A stretch of 64,000 nt of DNA from assembly GCA_973895155.1 (NCBI GenBank), contig OZ316894.1, forward strand, positions 23,124,709 through 23,188,708, in the 5' to 3' direction. Below, piece after piece: positions 16,382-28,618 of the stretch (the stretch's first letter is position 1; each line of letters opens with the position of its first letter). This DNA comes from Marsupella aquatica. Lineage: Eukaryota; Plantae; Marchantiophyta. The notes under the pieces are model-generated. The model saw only the letters and a program-made list of their open reading frames with translations. It had not been told where the DNA came from and made no database searches. The position numbers and the translations under genes are program-made.

Positions 16382-16965
16382 AGCTACCAGTCATAGTCGT
16401 CATTTCCCAGGCGGGACATCATTCACTAAAAGGTAGTTGTAAATGTTCTGATTGTGGGGACGTACTACTGTATGTTTTGAAAATTTTCTCCCGACTGCCA
16501 CACGAGGCTGGACATTTTCACGATTCCAGCACTGAAGTGTTAATCTCTCGTCGAGCTGGTGATGCAGCAGTTTGTTCTTGTTGTTCACTCTGTTTTTGCA
16601 GCCGTTGATAAAAAGGGCTCAAACCTCCCCTTAGGCTACACTTAGTGGAACTTATGTTTACTCTCTTTGATGATCGTGGCACTTCCATAGACTCTTGTGC
16701 CACCGATTTGGTCATTTTGTTAGCTGCATGAGTCCATTGGTCATGTGGTTGGCAGCTTCTTTGCTTTCATAGCTAAACAGACAAGCTCAATCTTGCTGGT
16801 TTACTCGTGTAAAAGACACTAGTGAGGCATTGTTTGTTTTTTGAATGTGTGATCGTGGTTAAGATTTGCCGGGGGATTGAGCACGTCTCTGTTTAGTGTT
16901 ATGAGAATTTCCCAACTAAACTTAAATTGCACCTCCCATTGAATTTTCTTGTCCCCAGAACAGCT

Positions 16966-17201
16966 TGCAATCACATTGAATCCAATTATCTTGTAGGTGG
17001 AGTTTCCACTGAGCACGTTTCTGGACTTCAGCTGGAGCTGAACCCACTTGAAAGGTAGTGTTTATACTGGTTTTATGAAGTCATGCAATCACATTGAATC
17101 CAATTATCTTGGAGGTGGAGTTTCCACTGAGCACGTTTCTGGACTTCAGCTGGAGCTGAACCCACTTGAAAGGTAGTGTTTATACTGGTTTTATGAAGTC
17201 A
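16966..17201. repeat. Near-perfect tandem duplication (118 bp x2)
   Basis: tgcaatcacattgaatccaattatcttg...ttttatgaagtca starts at 16966 and 17084, with about one mismatch. Confidence 0.92.
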
Positions 17202-17940
17202 ATTATTATATTATTATCCTCATCCACTGCACTTTAGTTGTGATTATGTTGTCCTTATGAACTCCCCTCTGGCAGAAGCTTTTTGGACTGGACGATTACA
17301 ACTCCTGCTTGCTTTCTGGTTTTTCATTGAAGAAGTACCCGCGCATAGACCGTTGTAAACGACTATTTCCCGATAAGAACACGTTTTTGACAATTCATTT
17401 CCATGACTTGCAGTGTGAGGATTGTTTCCTTTCGAGTAGAGTCCAAGGGAGATTCAGATCACCAATCCGTAATCACAAGCAGATTTGTTACGGAGCAGGA
17501 AAAGACTATTGTAGGACGTTTCTTAAGTGTTCTGTGAGATTATACTCCTACGGTATTTAGAATTCAATCCAATTTATAGAGAGATTTCTAATGTGGTGTA
17601 ATGTAACACAAGGCTTTAATGGCAGCAATTCTTCAAGTCTTCATGTTATCCTGGTATTCTCCTCTCGTCTCAAGCAAATTGTACTCTGTCAAAGTCCAAC
17701 TAAACCAAGATAATTGGCCTGCTCATGTTGTGGAGCCCATACTCACCTAATATCCTTTTTCCACGGTTGTAATGTGCCAATCTAAAAACATGTTGATGGG
17801 CATTTCATCATCAGATGACCTTCACATGGCAGGATAATTCTTTGGGTTGGGATGGCATGTGTGAATTCTGCCCGTCGATGAATATTCCACTTGCCAAAGC
17901 CCTAGCTACTCACCCACATCCCAGGTCCCAAAGGGTAGGA

Positions 17941-18140
17941 ATGTGCATATTTTTTAGGTGCAAATTTTTTACCAAATTCCAATCTCCCCAAAAAATGTTC
18001 GCCAATTTGGCTAGATTATTTGTATGTCATTTTTCACTTTCCTGCCAAACATGGCCCCATTTGCCAGAATCTAATGGTCGTCTGTAGATCTAGGGATATC
18101 TGACGGTCATGATATAATTCAGGAAAAACTGGTAAGGTAT
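17941..18140 (+). mobile_element. Repeat present in inverted orientation at 21440-21646 (TE terminal-like sequence)
   Basis: ggccccatttgccagaatctaatggtcgtctgtagatctag aligns with the reverse complement of ctagatttaaggatgacctttagattctagctaacggggcc. It interrupts the duplicated block between two GGTAGGAATG copies (17934 and 18272). Confidence 0.5.
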
Positions 18141-19647
18141 ATTCCTAGCATCTCCTCCCTTAGAGGGCTGATATTCATCACATTGGCTCAAAACAAAAAA
18201 CCTTAAAAAATCAGCTGGTAGGGACTAAGGAGCCTCAAAATTGAAAAATAAAAAAAGCTTAAAAAAATCCTGGTAGGAATGCTGTAAGGAGCCTCAAAAT
18301 TGAACGGTCCACTAAATCTAACAGTAGTTTTGGCTATGACATTGCACAGCCTAGCTAACCCAGTCACCAGGGTCTGATTTTGGCAACATGAGGACTGTCT
18401 GGGAAAGATTTCCAAGGTTCCATAAAAGACGTTGGGAGCCTAGTACAACAGGTCATACTTTGTGTGGCTGACGAAGGGGTGGAGGGATTTGAAAGCTAAA
18501 ATAACCAGCCCTTGACCAAAGGTGGTTGTGGTACCTGAACACTGTGCATTCATCGTGTTCTGACAATACTATGTACAATATTAGAACCTATATTACAAGC
18601 TCCTGCCACTTTTTACAGTGGTCTTCATTATAGAGCCCCACGAGAGGGCCCTTGCAAATTCCCTGCCACGAGGTTGCGCAAACACCAGCCACAAACACAA
18701 AAGATCTTATTTTTGACAGTAACAAAAGCGCACATTCATGTTTGTGGCAAAAGCAACGTAATTTTTGGGTCGTCATCACAGTAATAACAAAAGGTAAGAA
18801 ATGCAAAATACAAAACTGAAGCAAGTAAAACTGAGGTAAAACCATCAAATGTAACTATTTTATTTACCTTTCATTTTTATCAAACATAAACAATCATTGA
18901 AAAAAAACAAGCATCTATGTGAAACCGCCACTATTACCATTGGGAGGTTCATTCATTTCATGTTATTTTGTTTCTGTATTCACATTTAGGTTGCTTTAGT
19001 TGGCTCTAGTCCCTTCCCTTTGCATTCCATAACCAAATTAAATAGGGTTTGATAGATTCCTCCCACTCCCAAGCTCCCACTGTAAACCTTGTTGGAGAGA
19101 ATTCTGGTAGGTGTCTACCATGGATATGGTAATGCATAACATCCATCAAGTGACCAGTAATCAACATGGAGGAGCTGGATGGATGGAGCCAATTACCCAA
19201 GCTAGACCAAGTCATGAGTTAGCAGCGTTGATCTATCTGGTACAATTGTAGAGTTGACAGCACCTGTATTCATTTTTTACAATGGGCTTTCTTGCAGCAT
19301 CCGCATCTATATTCATACTGGCTAGTGGGCAAATTCCCAAAGCAGCCACTATCTAATTTCCGGCAAAACAATAAACTAAACTAAACTAAACACACCTAAT
19401 GTACGAGCTGTACACCTAACAAGCTCAGATTGTGTAATATCAAAATAGAACTTCATCCAAAGTGAAGTTCAGATCCATTATGTATGACCAGGGCTCATTG
19501 AAGCACTTCCCTGGTTCTATTCCATTCTACCAACAGAATTATGAACTGCTGTCACTACAATATTTATATCAATGTGCCCCTGACCCAACTATTGAATTGC
19601 CACTGCACATGATTCCATTGTAAAGCATCTAGCAGAGGGAGCTCGCA

Positions 19648-20370
19648 ATGGATCAAGCTCTTTGTCGTGATGCTAGTCGTGCTAGCCATCACTTACGCTG
19701 TAGGAACTTTAACTCTTTTCACAACAAGTTTAGAGGCCACCCAGAAGGTGGTCATCAGCAACACCCTCGCCTGCAATTACTGATTATTGGTTGGATCATG
19801 GTCCAGATTGTAAGACCTCTTGGACCTCCCAAACAGTATGAAAGCTCGGGGGGTTGACTATCAAAAATCTTACCTAGGAACCACATACGATCCAAAATAG
19901 GTATTTTTGATATAAATTAACTAAAGTTTTTAAAAGCATAGGAGGCCAAAGAAGGTATTATAACCTCATGTTCATAGACTATGCTCTAATATATATATTT
20001 TATAGAGTAAAATAGGTTATTGATATTGAAAATGGAAAATATTCTTGAAATATTTTCTATATAAAATAGTTCTATTTATATTAGGCTAGGATTGCATGTG
20101 GTACCCCAAAATATACACTTAGTTAATACCGCAAGTACGAAAGCTCTCCCAAAAATGTGGGAAGCAATTATTGGGCTCCTTAGCAATTATCGGGCAGGCT
20201 CGATTGCCTAGCTAAGCCTAACCAAAATGCCAGTCCTGAAGGGTCATGAGGGACCTATCCATGACCTACTTTGACATGCTGATCCGCACTGGTCTGGCAG
20301 GCGACATCGACATTTGCAAGCAATGCATGTATTGGATACTCTCCTCGAGACCAACTCGCGGTGGGAGAGC
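19648..20370 (+). pseudogene. Decayed copy of an unidentified (possibly secreted) small-protein gene, interrupted by an AT-rich insertion
   Basis: An ATG followed, after a 1-nt shift, by IKLFVVMLVVLAITYAVG (signal-peptide-like) and ATQKVVISNTL. Nucleotide-colinear with 25454-25910. Confidence 0.4.
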
Positions 20371-22824
20371 AACTGAAATTTGTGGAATGCTTTGTTGAAA
20401 CCCATGTCCAGCCGCAATCGCTTTGATGGCAAGTGTGTACTCGTGGTCGAGGACACCGGCGGCATGCATTGACACAGACTGTAACCCATTGGCCACATCA
20501 ACACAAGGTATATAGGTCCTAAATTGTTGAAAAAACAAGGGAAGAAAGGAAGCATTTTACTTCTACCTACAACATTCAACATATCAATCTAACAGAGGCA
20601 ACCCATATTCTGTCAGCTAGTTATTTGTAGGTGGCAAGGCTAGACTCGCAGTCGATGATAGATATCTAGGTCCTAGATTGTCAAAAAAGCAAGGGAAGAA
20701 GGGGAGCATTTACTTCCGCGTGCATCATTGTTTTGCATTCCAGTCGTGAGGAGAACAGTGTCCACTGCATCAACACAAACAAGCCTGCCTTTCAGCTCAA
20801 TTGGTTTGAGTGTGTCTGCGTTGCATGCTACACCATTCCAGTCCTGAGTAGAATAGTGTCTGCCACATCAACACAAACGAGCCCGCCTTTCGACTCCATC
20901 GATTTGAGTGGGTTTGCCTTGCATGCTACAACTTTGGCCGCTGGCAGTGCCTCATGCTTTTTGCCGACTTAGTAGATGGTAAGGTCTAGCATGATCAATT
21001 CAGCTATTCAGCCACAAAAGCAATGAGGATGATTGATCGATTGTCTATCCTTTCAATCGTATTCTGGAACAATTGATTAAGCCAGACAGTTCCAAAAATA
21101 ATGCTCACACCTAGGCGCAAGTGCTGGCCTAGTCAACAAGCACACAATCGTGAACACTCAGACATGTTTCATTCAATGGGATAACTGCGGAGTGGACTCA
21201 AATTGTGAGCGGCTAGGATAGACGCAAAAATTGGATCGTTGAAACTAGCTCAAATTGTGATCGGCTAGTACAATTGCAAAATTTGATGAATCTACTAATT
21301 GGAGTCCAACTCGATGAATTCTGATACAACCTAGCAATTCAACGTTGTAGCAACCAGCATTTCAAATTCAGCAGCTGTGGGGCGAACTAGTATTCCCATA
21401 ACGGGTCGTGGTAATGGGTCAGGTCAAGGAGAGGATGTTCTACATCTGATTTTCTGAATTATTCCTAACCATTAATCTTTCTAGATTTAAGGATGACCTT
21501 TAGATTCTAGCTAACGGGGCCTGTGACTAGGTAGGCAAAATGGCTATTTGAGATACCAAACCTCGCCAACTTTTTGCCAAAAGTGGCCTAGGATATTTGT
21601 TAAGGTGGAATCTAGCAATTAATTTTGCCACTGAAAAAATGCTCATAGTCACCTCAGTCTCATAGCAAGTCTATTATTATCAGTTTTTAATTATATTGCT
21701 ATTAAGATGTTTTAACTCACCTATACAAATATGCAACTATAATTGTATATTTTCCTTGTTAAATTACAAATCTGATTATGTTGATGAACTTCAGTCCATA
21801 TACAAAAACCACAGCATATTGTTGATACAAGAAAAGCATTCTAACATTTAATAACAGTGTTGATGTCAAGTATGTAAGCCATTCTAGCCTTTTTCTTTTA
21901 AGAGTCCAAATTAATATAGTCGCTTATTAGCCTATGCCACAAATTGAAAATCACAAACCTTGGCACATCTACCCATCTTTTGCTCTTTCCTTAGGTACAC
22001 TCGTCATGCCTTGAAAACTCAAACATAATATATTTTCACAACTACTTTTTTTCTGCAATGACACCAAAGATATATTTTCTGCAATTACATTTTTTGCTAT
22101 TTAACAACATCAACGTTATCTTTACCACAACGATATAGTTTACACAATGGTAAAATGTATGCATTGACATATTTTATGCAATAGCATCTTTTATGTAACA
22201 TCTTTTTCGCAAATGATATCTTTTACACAGTGACATTTTTTCATGCAAATTATTAAACAAAATCTTTTGCGCAACAACATCGGGTATTGAGCTAGTTTCT
22301 AATAATGTACATTGGAGAGGATGGTCTGGGGTCATTTTTGGGCTTCCAGACATTACTTTTGAAAACCACACTTCTGACAATATACAGCACACAATACGCA
22401 TTGGAGAATATGGTCTTCTTCGTTTTTTTCTTGAAAGGAGCACTTGATTTCAGTGAAAGTAAAACCCATTAAATCAAACCGGCCCCTCATCACAACAACC
22501 AAACAGAATTTAGCCAAGAACAAACAGTGCAGGGTGGATTCACTATGAGTCACAGGTGCAATATGATGAGGTGGAACCTAAGGAGGTGGTGATGTGTGGC
22601 CAGGGGGGAGGGTGGCAAGTGCGGGCAGGGGCCTGATGAGACTTTGTCATACTCAGGAATGTTAGCGAGAGAGGATGGGGATCAGGTCTGGACTTGGCTA
22701 CTGATGCCATTTTTCCTTTACTTTCCCTTTGTACAAGTAGCATAGGCAGGGGCTGGATCAGAATTTGGCAAAATCTCAAATAAATTTAACTGGTCCAGCC
22801 TTTGTGTTTGGACATAACAAAGGA

Positions 22825-23243
22825 CTGCCCTTGTGAAGGCAAAGGACAAGTACCCCAATTGGGCTCGAAGAAGGCTCTGGACCAGAGTTGAAGAATCTTG
22901 GAGAAGGCTTTCAACCATGCTCTCCCTTTTGTCCCATTTTTGTCCCATTATTGGGGAGTCTTCCTTGCTTTTGCTTGGGGGGCAGCCAACTCCATTAGTG
23001 GGAGGTGTTGTGTTTCATGGCTCTTGCCTTTTGATGGCTGGTTGGCAATTGTTCTTGCCTTTCATCCTCTGTGTGGGGTATTTGTGGTTTCGTTTGGGTG
23101 GTTTTGCCTCTTTGAGTGTGGTTCTTGTGTGCTTCATCCCTTTGGGTTTGTTGTTCTTTGTGCCCTGCTGATCTTTGCCGCGATGGCCTCTGGAATAAAC
23201 GGACTCTTTGCCGCTCTTCTTAACAAAAAATAGAACCAGATTT
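22825..23243 (+). mobile_element. Probable 5'-truncated LINE 3' fragment
   Basis: Absent from the homologous block at ~14290. Contains a short Trp/Arg-rich reading frame end, a T/G-rich UTR-like tract, and terminal CTCTTCTTAACAAAAAA. Confidence 0.4.
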
Positions 23244-23374
23244 GGAGAATCCTCTATGTCTGCAACAGCTGGGGTGATGATTTTAAGGAAGATTTGGCGC
23301 AAGAAGAGGGATTTTGAAGTGGCCAGAAAGAACCAGGCGTGACTTGTGACTTTCAGGTCTCAAGTTCAAAACAA

Positions 23375-23495
23375 GAGCCCGACCCGGCCCGGATTTCCTG
23401 ACCCGGCCCGGCTCGGCTCTCCCTCCCCAACCCTGGCGGCCCGGCGCGGCTCTCCCTTCCCGACCCTGGCGGCCCGGCTCGGCCCTCCCGTGAGC
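23375..23495. repeat. GC-rich minisatellite (CCCGACCC/GGCCCGGC units, ~30 bp), possibly subterminal repeats of a hAT-like MITE
   Basis: Repeated ccctggcggcccggc(t/g)cggc(t/c)ctccc units. Confidence 0.6.
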
Positions 23496-25453
23496 CTAAA
23501 TTTCCGTCAAGCCGCATAGTCGGGCGCGCAAGATTATTTTGCTGATGTATGAGTCTAGGGGTGTATTCGAAACAGTAATTCTCTACAGTAGTTGATCCCA
23601 AGTCCGTTGTTTTTTTGTGCCGTACTTGGCTACTGACTATCTGTAACGCATGAAACTAGCTATGGCCCGGCCGATGTATAATTTGAAAGTTTCACGAGAC
23701 AAAGGAGGATAGTCGGAGGTGACGGTAGATCCACCATCTTAGAAAAAGGTATCGGGTTCTAGGAACCTTGGATGCTGCACGTTTCGGGATACGTCCCTCG
23801 TGCTTCACACGGCCGATGTGATTACAACGATTCTGATCGATGTGTTCCTTTTTTCCCTTCAAGATATGGAACTTAATTACTACGGCTCAATTCGATTATA
23901 GGCATGCTTCCAAACCTCATTGTGAAGAACGTGGTCCTTGTCAGGGACAGCAGGTGCACGGACTCAGGACGCAAGATCACGGAGGCAAGCAGATTGGTCC
24001 CATTCCGGCATCATGTATTTGGACGACCTCCTGCAGGGTGGAGTTCCGTTTGTCTGATTTAAGAATATGTTGTCTTTGTACTAGATGTTTGTGTGCCAGG
24101 TGCCTTGGGCACGGAATGGAAAAGGTGGTCAACCCTCTAGTATCAGGATAATGAGAATGTCGCCTGAGAGGTAGTCAAATATTTGCACAAAGCTTTTTAA
24201 TCGTTACTGTGAAACTATAATCATAGCTCATCTTTCGAGGACGATAAGAAACACCAGCGAGGCCTCATCGTATCGATCATAAACAATAGTTATTGTTCTC
24301 GCACTCAGGTTTTGCGGAAGGTATGAACAGTAGGAGTACAAAGCATCCCTAAAACTAAGTCGTGTTACAAGTTTGCTCGTTTCGCATGCCCTTCCTGAGG
24401 ACCCAAACGCGGTTCTCTAGCTAGAATCATTCGCTCGAGATAGGGACCCGATGGTTGTGGAAGGCAGCCTCGCCAAGATATGCCTGATCTTGTCGGATAG
24501 TTTTGAACTCGCAGCGTCCATAATTTCGCCTGTTGCTTCAGCAATGATTTTGGCAAGTGTTTACTGACCGTACAAGATCCTTACGTACTGTTGGCAGTGC
24601 CCTGCTGAATGCGAGACTATAACTCGTCTGCACTCTAAATACAGATGGAGTGATTTTTCAATCTCACATCGATCATCGGTGTGCTCCATTTTGCAGATGA
24701 GGTCGAGGCATTTGTCTAAACCTAGAAATGATCTTCACCAAAAGTTTGCTCATACCAGAGCTCCGATGGAAGAAGAGCTCAAATACAGTCAGAATGTTCT
24801 TTCCGGGTAGCTTTCTAAACATCAGTATCACGCTTACACTGCTACATTCAATCTAGAGAACTTTCCGTAATTAATCCTGGCTGTAGCTAATTCAAGTATA
24901 TATAAAGAACCAGGGATCCTGAATCTTCTCATCTAATCTATTTAACTTGAAAATAGTTATACGCAATGATCCGAAAAATTACTCTATGGTGAAGGATCCC
25001 TGAATTCATTTTAAGATCTCTTCAAGTTAGTAACATGCACAAATCTTGCAACCCAAGGTAGCTAGGAAGAAGGCCGAAACGACATTCTCAGCGAGTTGAC
25101 TTGAGAAAAGAGTACGGCTTACTCATATCCCATTCCGTGCACACTTATATGCCATTCCATGGACGTTGAAATTGAGTAGTTGCTTAATTCTCATGTTTGC
25201 GGGTTTTGAAAGGAGGGATCCATGTATGCTTTCGATGCAATTTCTTCGCACTTGAAGATCATTAAAACTCATGACAGGGACGATTAATTTCACTGAGTCT
25301 GTCTAAGCTACGACCTTCTCTCTCGGCTTTTCTTACACACGGACGACTACCAACGAAAGCCCGTAACATTAGGATCTGGTCAATAATTGACTAGCAATGG
25401 CAACTGACGTTCAATGTCTTTGGTAGATTATATCTCAGGGTAGGGTGTTATTG

Positions 25454-26515
25454 ATGGTCTCTATGTGGTGCTATATGTCCATCTAGTTACACTGTCTTGC
25501 CAAGCATACTTCCATCGATTGGAAATAATATTGGGGAGTTTAGGTACTGTGTCGACAATCTTAGCCGCCACCCAGAAGGTGGTTGCCGTCATCACCTTCA
25601 CCCGGAACTGATCATGAGCGGGATCATTCGGGCAGATTTTGTGACCACTTTGACCTCTGAAATATTTCAAATGCTCGCCCGAAGATGTGCGATCGAGGAA
25701 TGATCGGGCGCCGGATTGTCTAGGCCGAGACAAAAATGCCAGGACTGTAGCGTCATCAGCGATCTATTCATCCTCCTTACTCCGTACTGGTCCGGCGGGC
25801 AACATCAACATTTGCAATCGACGGCGACGTTCATTTAGCGCTTCTAGATTGTGCTACGTGCATGTCACGGATAATCTCATCGAGACCATCTCGCCACGAT
25901 GGTGGGCCGGCAAGTGCAATCGGTTGAAGGTTTGGTGAAGCCCCACGTCCAGGCGCAATCGCTCACCAATCGCTCGATGAGATTATCCATGACATGCCGA
26001 TATATAGCGCAATATAAACTGAACGAACGTCGCCGTCGCTTACGGTCACCTAGGCGATAATCTTTGAGCTCCTTCTCCTTGCGTGGCAAATCCCTTGGAG
26101 TTGATTTTGTGCACGTACTGGACGGAAGTTCGGTATTGCATGGTCGATGTCGCCCGCCGGACCAGTACTGACAGTAAGGTCAAAAGATGGATACATCGCT
26201 TATCACGTTGCAGCTGGCATTATCTTCTCAAACTCGACAATCCAGCTTGCATGATCATTGCCGCACACATCTTCGGCGAGCATTTCAGATGTTTCAGACC
26301 TGACAATGGTCCGAGACTCATGATCCCGCTCATGAGCAGTTCCGGGTGAGGGTGTTGATGACGAGCACCTTATGGGTGGCGGATACGATTGTCAACACAA
26401 TACACATCAAATTCCTACGGCATCAGTTGCGGATAAGATTGTCGACACAATACACATAAAATTCCTACGGCATCAGTTATGGCTAGCACTGCTAGTACGG
26501 TAAAGAGCGTAATCT
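25454..26515. repeat. Long imperfect inverted repeat (fold-back): arms of ~430-540 bp, ~90-nt loop
   Basis: Core pairing 25544-25884 with 25973-26453, for example ggataatctcatcgag/ctcgatgagattatcc, gtactggtccggcgggc/gcccgccggaccagtac and cacccggaactgatcatgagcgggatc/gatcccgctcatgagcagttccgggtg. Confidence 0.9.
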
Positions 26516-28163
26516 CTCCTTCCTTTTGCCTGCACGTTCTATGGGATACGTGCCCCCTGTTCTATCCCGACTGAGCTCTTAGCTGTGGGTCTTACTTGAC
26601 ATCTTAGTTGTAAGATGCTAGCACGGTAACGAGCCTTAACTGCTTTTGGCAGCCTGCCCTGCCATCTTCTTAGGGAGGCATGGGGGTGTCCTCCGCTGCA
26701 GCCATTGCCCCTTGTGCGTTTCTTGGTTGTTGGATGCAAGTGGCTCACGCCTTAGTTTCTTGTTTCATTGTGGACGGGATTGTGAAACTTTGGCCTATCC
26801 CCTTAGACTATGTCTGTCATATGAGTGGAGAACTGAGCTCTCCCTTTTGAGGCTCAGCTTTGCCATGCACTATTGCTTCGCTCAGCTTTGCCGTGCACTA
26901 TTTGGCAAATGTGAACTCACTTTGAGAAGGAAATATTCCTAAGGAGCGTTTTCTCTGTGGCACTGTCAGCCAATTCGGAGTTTTAGTTGTGAATATTAGT
27001 TTGGTTTCTCTACCATCGTTCCTGACAATTTGGTGTACCATTTCTAGATATTGAACAATTAAGGAAGTAGCTCGGATAGTAGTAGGCATGAGGCCAGGAA
27101 GACATTGCAGAGGCCATGTACGAACAAGAGGCTTGCTGAAGGCTCTGGGTCGATCAAGCCGGCGAAGGACAGACAATTACTATCACGAACTGATAAAGAA
27201 TAGACTAACTTGGACTTCGAATGCGTTTGATAACTCTTATTCAAGTTGTAGCATTTCTACACATCAACCGAAGTATTCAGAGAGTTCAGTAGTTATCATT
27301 GTCTCCATCTGATTGCTACGGAACTTTGTCACTTAAGTTTCTCAGGGATTCGTTAGTTCTTTCTTCAACGGAAGTACGTGTAAACGTCAAATTCCCTTCC
27401 ACTCAGCAAGTAGTGACTGTCGATTGCGGTTCTCATCTTCGACTTGCGCTTGGTCTAGGCCTGAAGCCCTTCCATTTACAACGGGGTATTGCTGCGGTAC
27501 GTGTGTCTCTGTTGCTTCTTTGTTGTTTTTAAAGATGATGTGTTCATGGGTGGATGACATGTCGGGTCAAGTAGTTTCTGGCCATTTTGTGTATGCTGGA
27601 CAACATGCGTCTACCCTATTGATTACAGACTGTCTTTAGCTTTACATTTCGCGATGACATTGTTAACGAATTTTCTGTGTGTACGCTGGAAAAGAGCGAC
27701 ATGACTATATATAGCACGCGCGTTTGCCAATACACAATCTGTGATGATATTGCTAGAATGTACGTATTGTTAAGAAGTTGTCCGTGCATATTGATTTCTT
27801 TGAAAAAGTCTCAAATACCAGATGTAGTTTGACCTTCCAATTCATTTGAACTAATCTAAACTCTACTCCTTGACATCCAATTGCCAAACCGATTTGCCGA
27901 CTCCTCGGAGGATTCGACTGCCTGGTCATCTCGATCAGTTATGCTTGATGAGTTACTCGAAACATCAACATCACTGACTATCGACGACCCTGAACAATAT
28001 TCTTTAATCGGGTATTGGGCCAGTCGCACTCGAGCTAGTCAAACGTAAATTATTGCCCTTTTCGGCCATCGAAGGATCCGAGAACGATCTGGTCGAATGG
28101 ATTCGGTAGATGCAGTTGTAGCCCTTATTTCTGGATTGACTTCCAGAACTAGCAGAAACCTGC

Positions 28164-28618
28164 AGTGCTCTCTGCTGCTAAGCAATTACTAGCAGTACAA
28201 TTTTAGTGCTCTCTGCTGCTAAGCAATTACTTGCAGTACAATTTTAGTCTCCACCTTGTCACAAGGTTGAACGATTTTGTCAAAAGTTCTGGCAGACGAA
28301 ATTATACAGGGCCGGAAAGACTGACAACTAGGAAGGAACTTATTTTGGTTGGACGATTCCCTCGCGTGACCTCCGAACTCCCGTCTTGGTCTGCTCGATA
28401 TTTCAGACTAGCTCATTCTATTACTAGCAGTACAATTTTAGTCTCCACCTTGTCACAAGGTTGAACGATGTTGTCAAAAGTTCTGGCAGAGGAAATTATA
28501 CAGGGCCGGAAAGACTGACAACTAGGAAAGAACTTATTTTCAAGAGGTTGGACGATTCCCTCGCGTGACCTCCGAACTCCCGTCTTGGTCTGCTCGATAT
28601 TTCACACTAGCTCATTCT
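28164..28618. repeat. Compound tandem duplication (41 bp x2, then ~195 bp x2)
   Basis: agtgctctctgctgctaagcaattac at 28164 and 28205; gcagtacaattttagtctccacc...ctagctcattct at 28233 and 28427, nearly identical. Confidence 0.92.
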
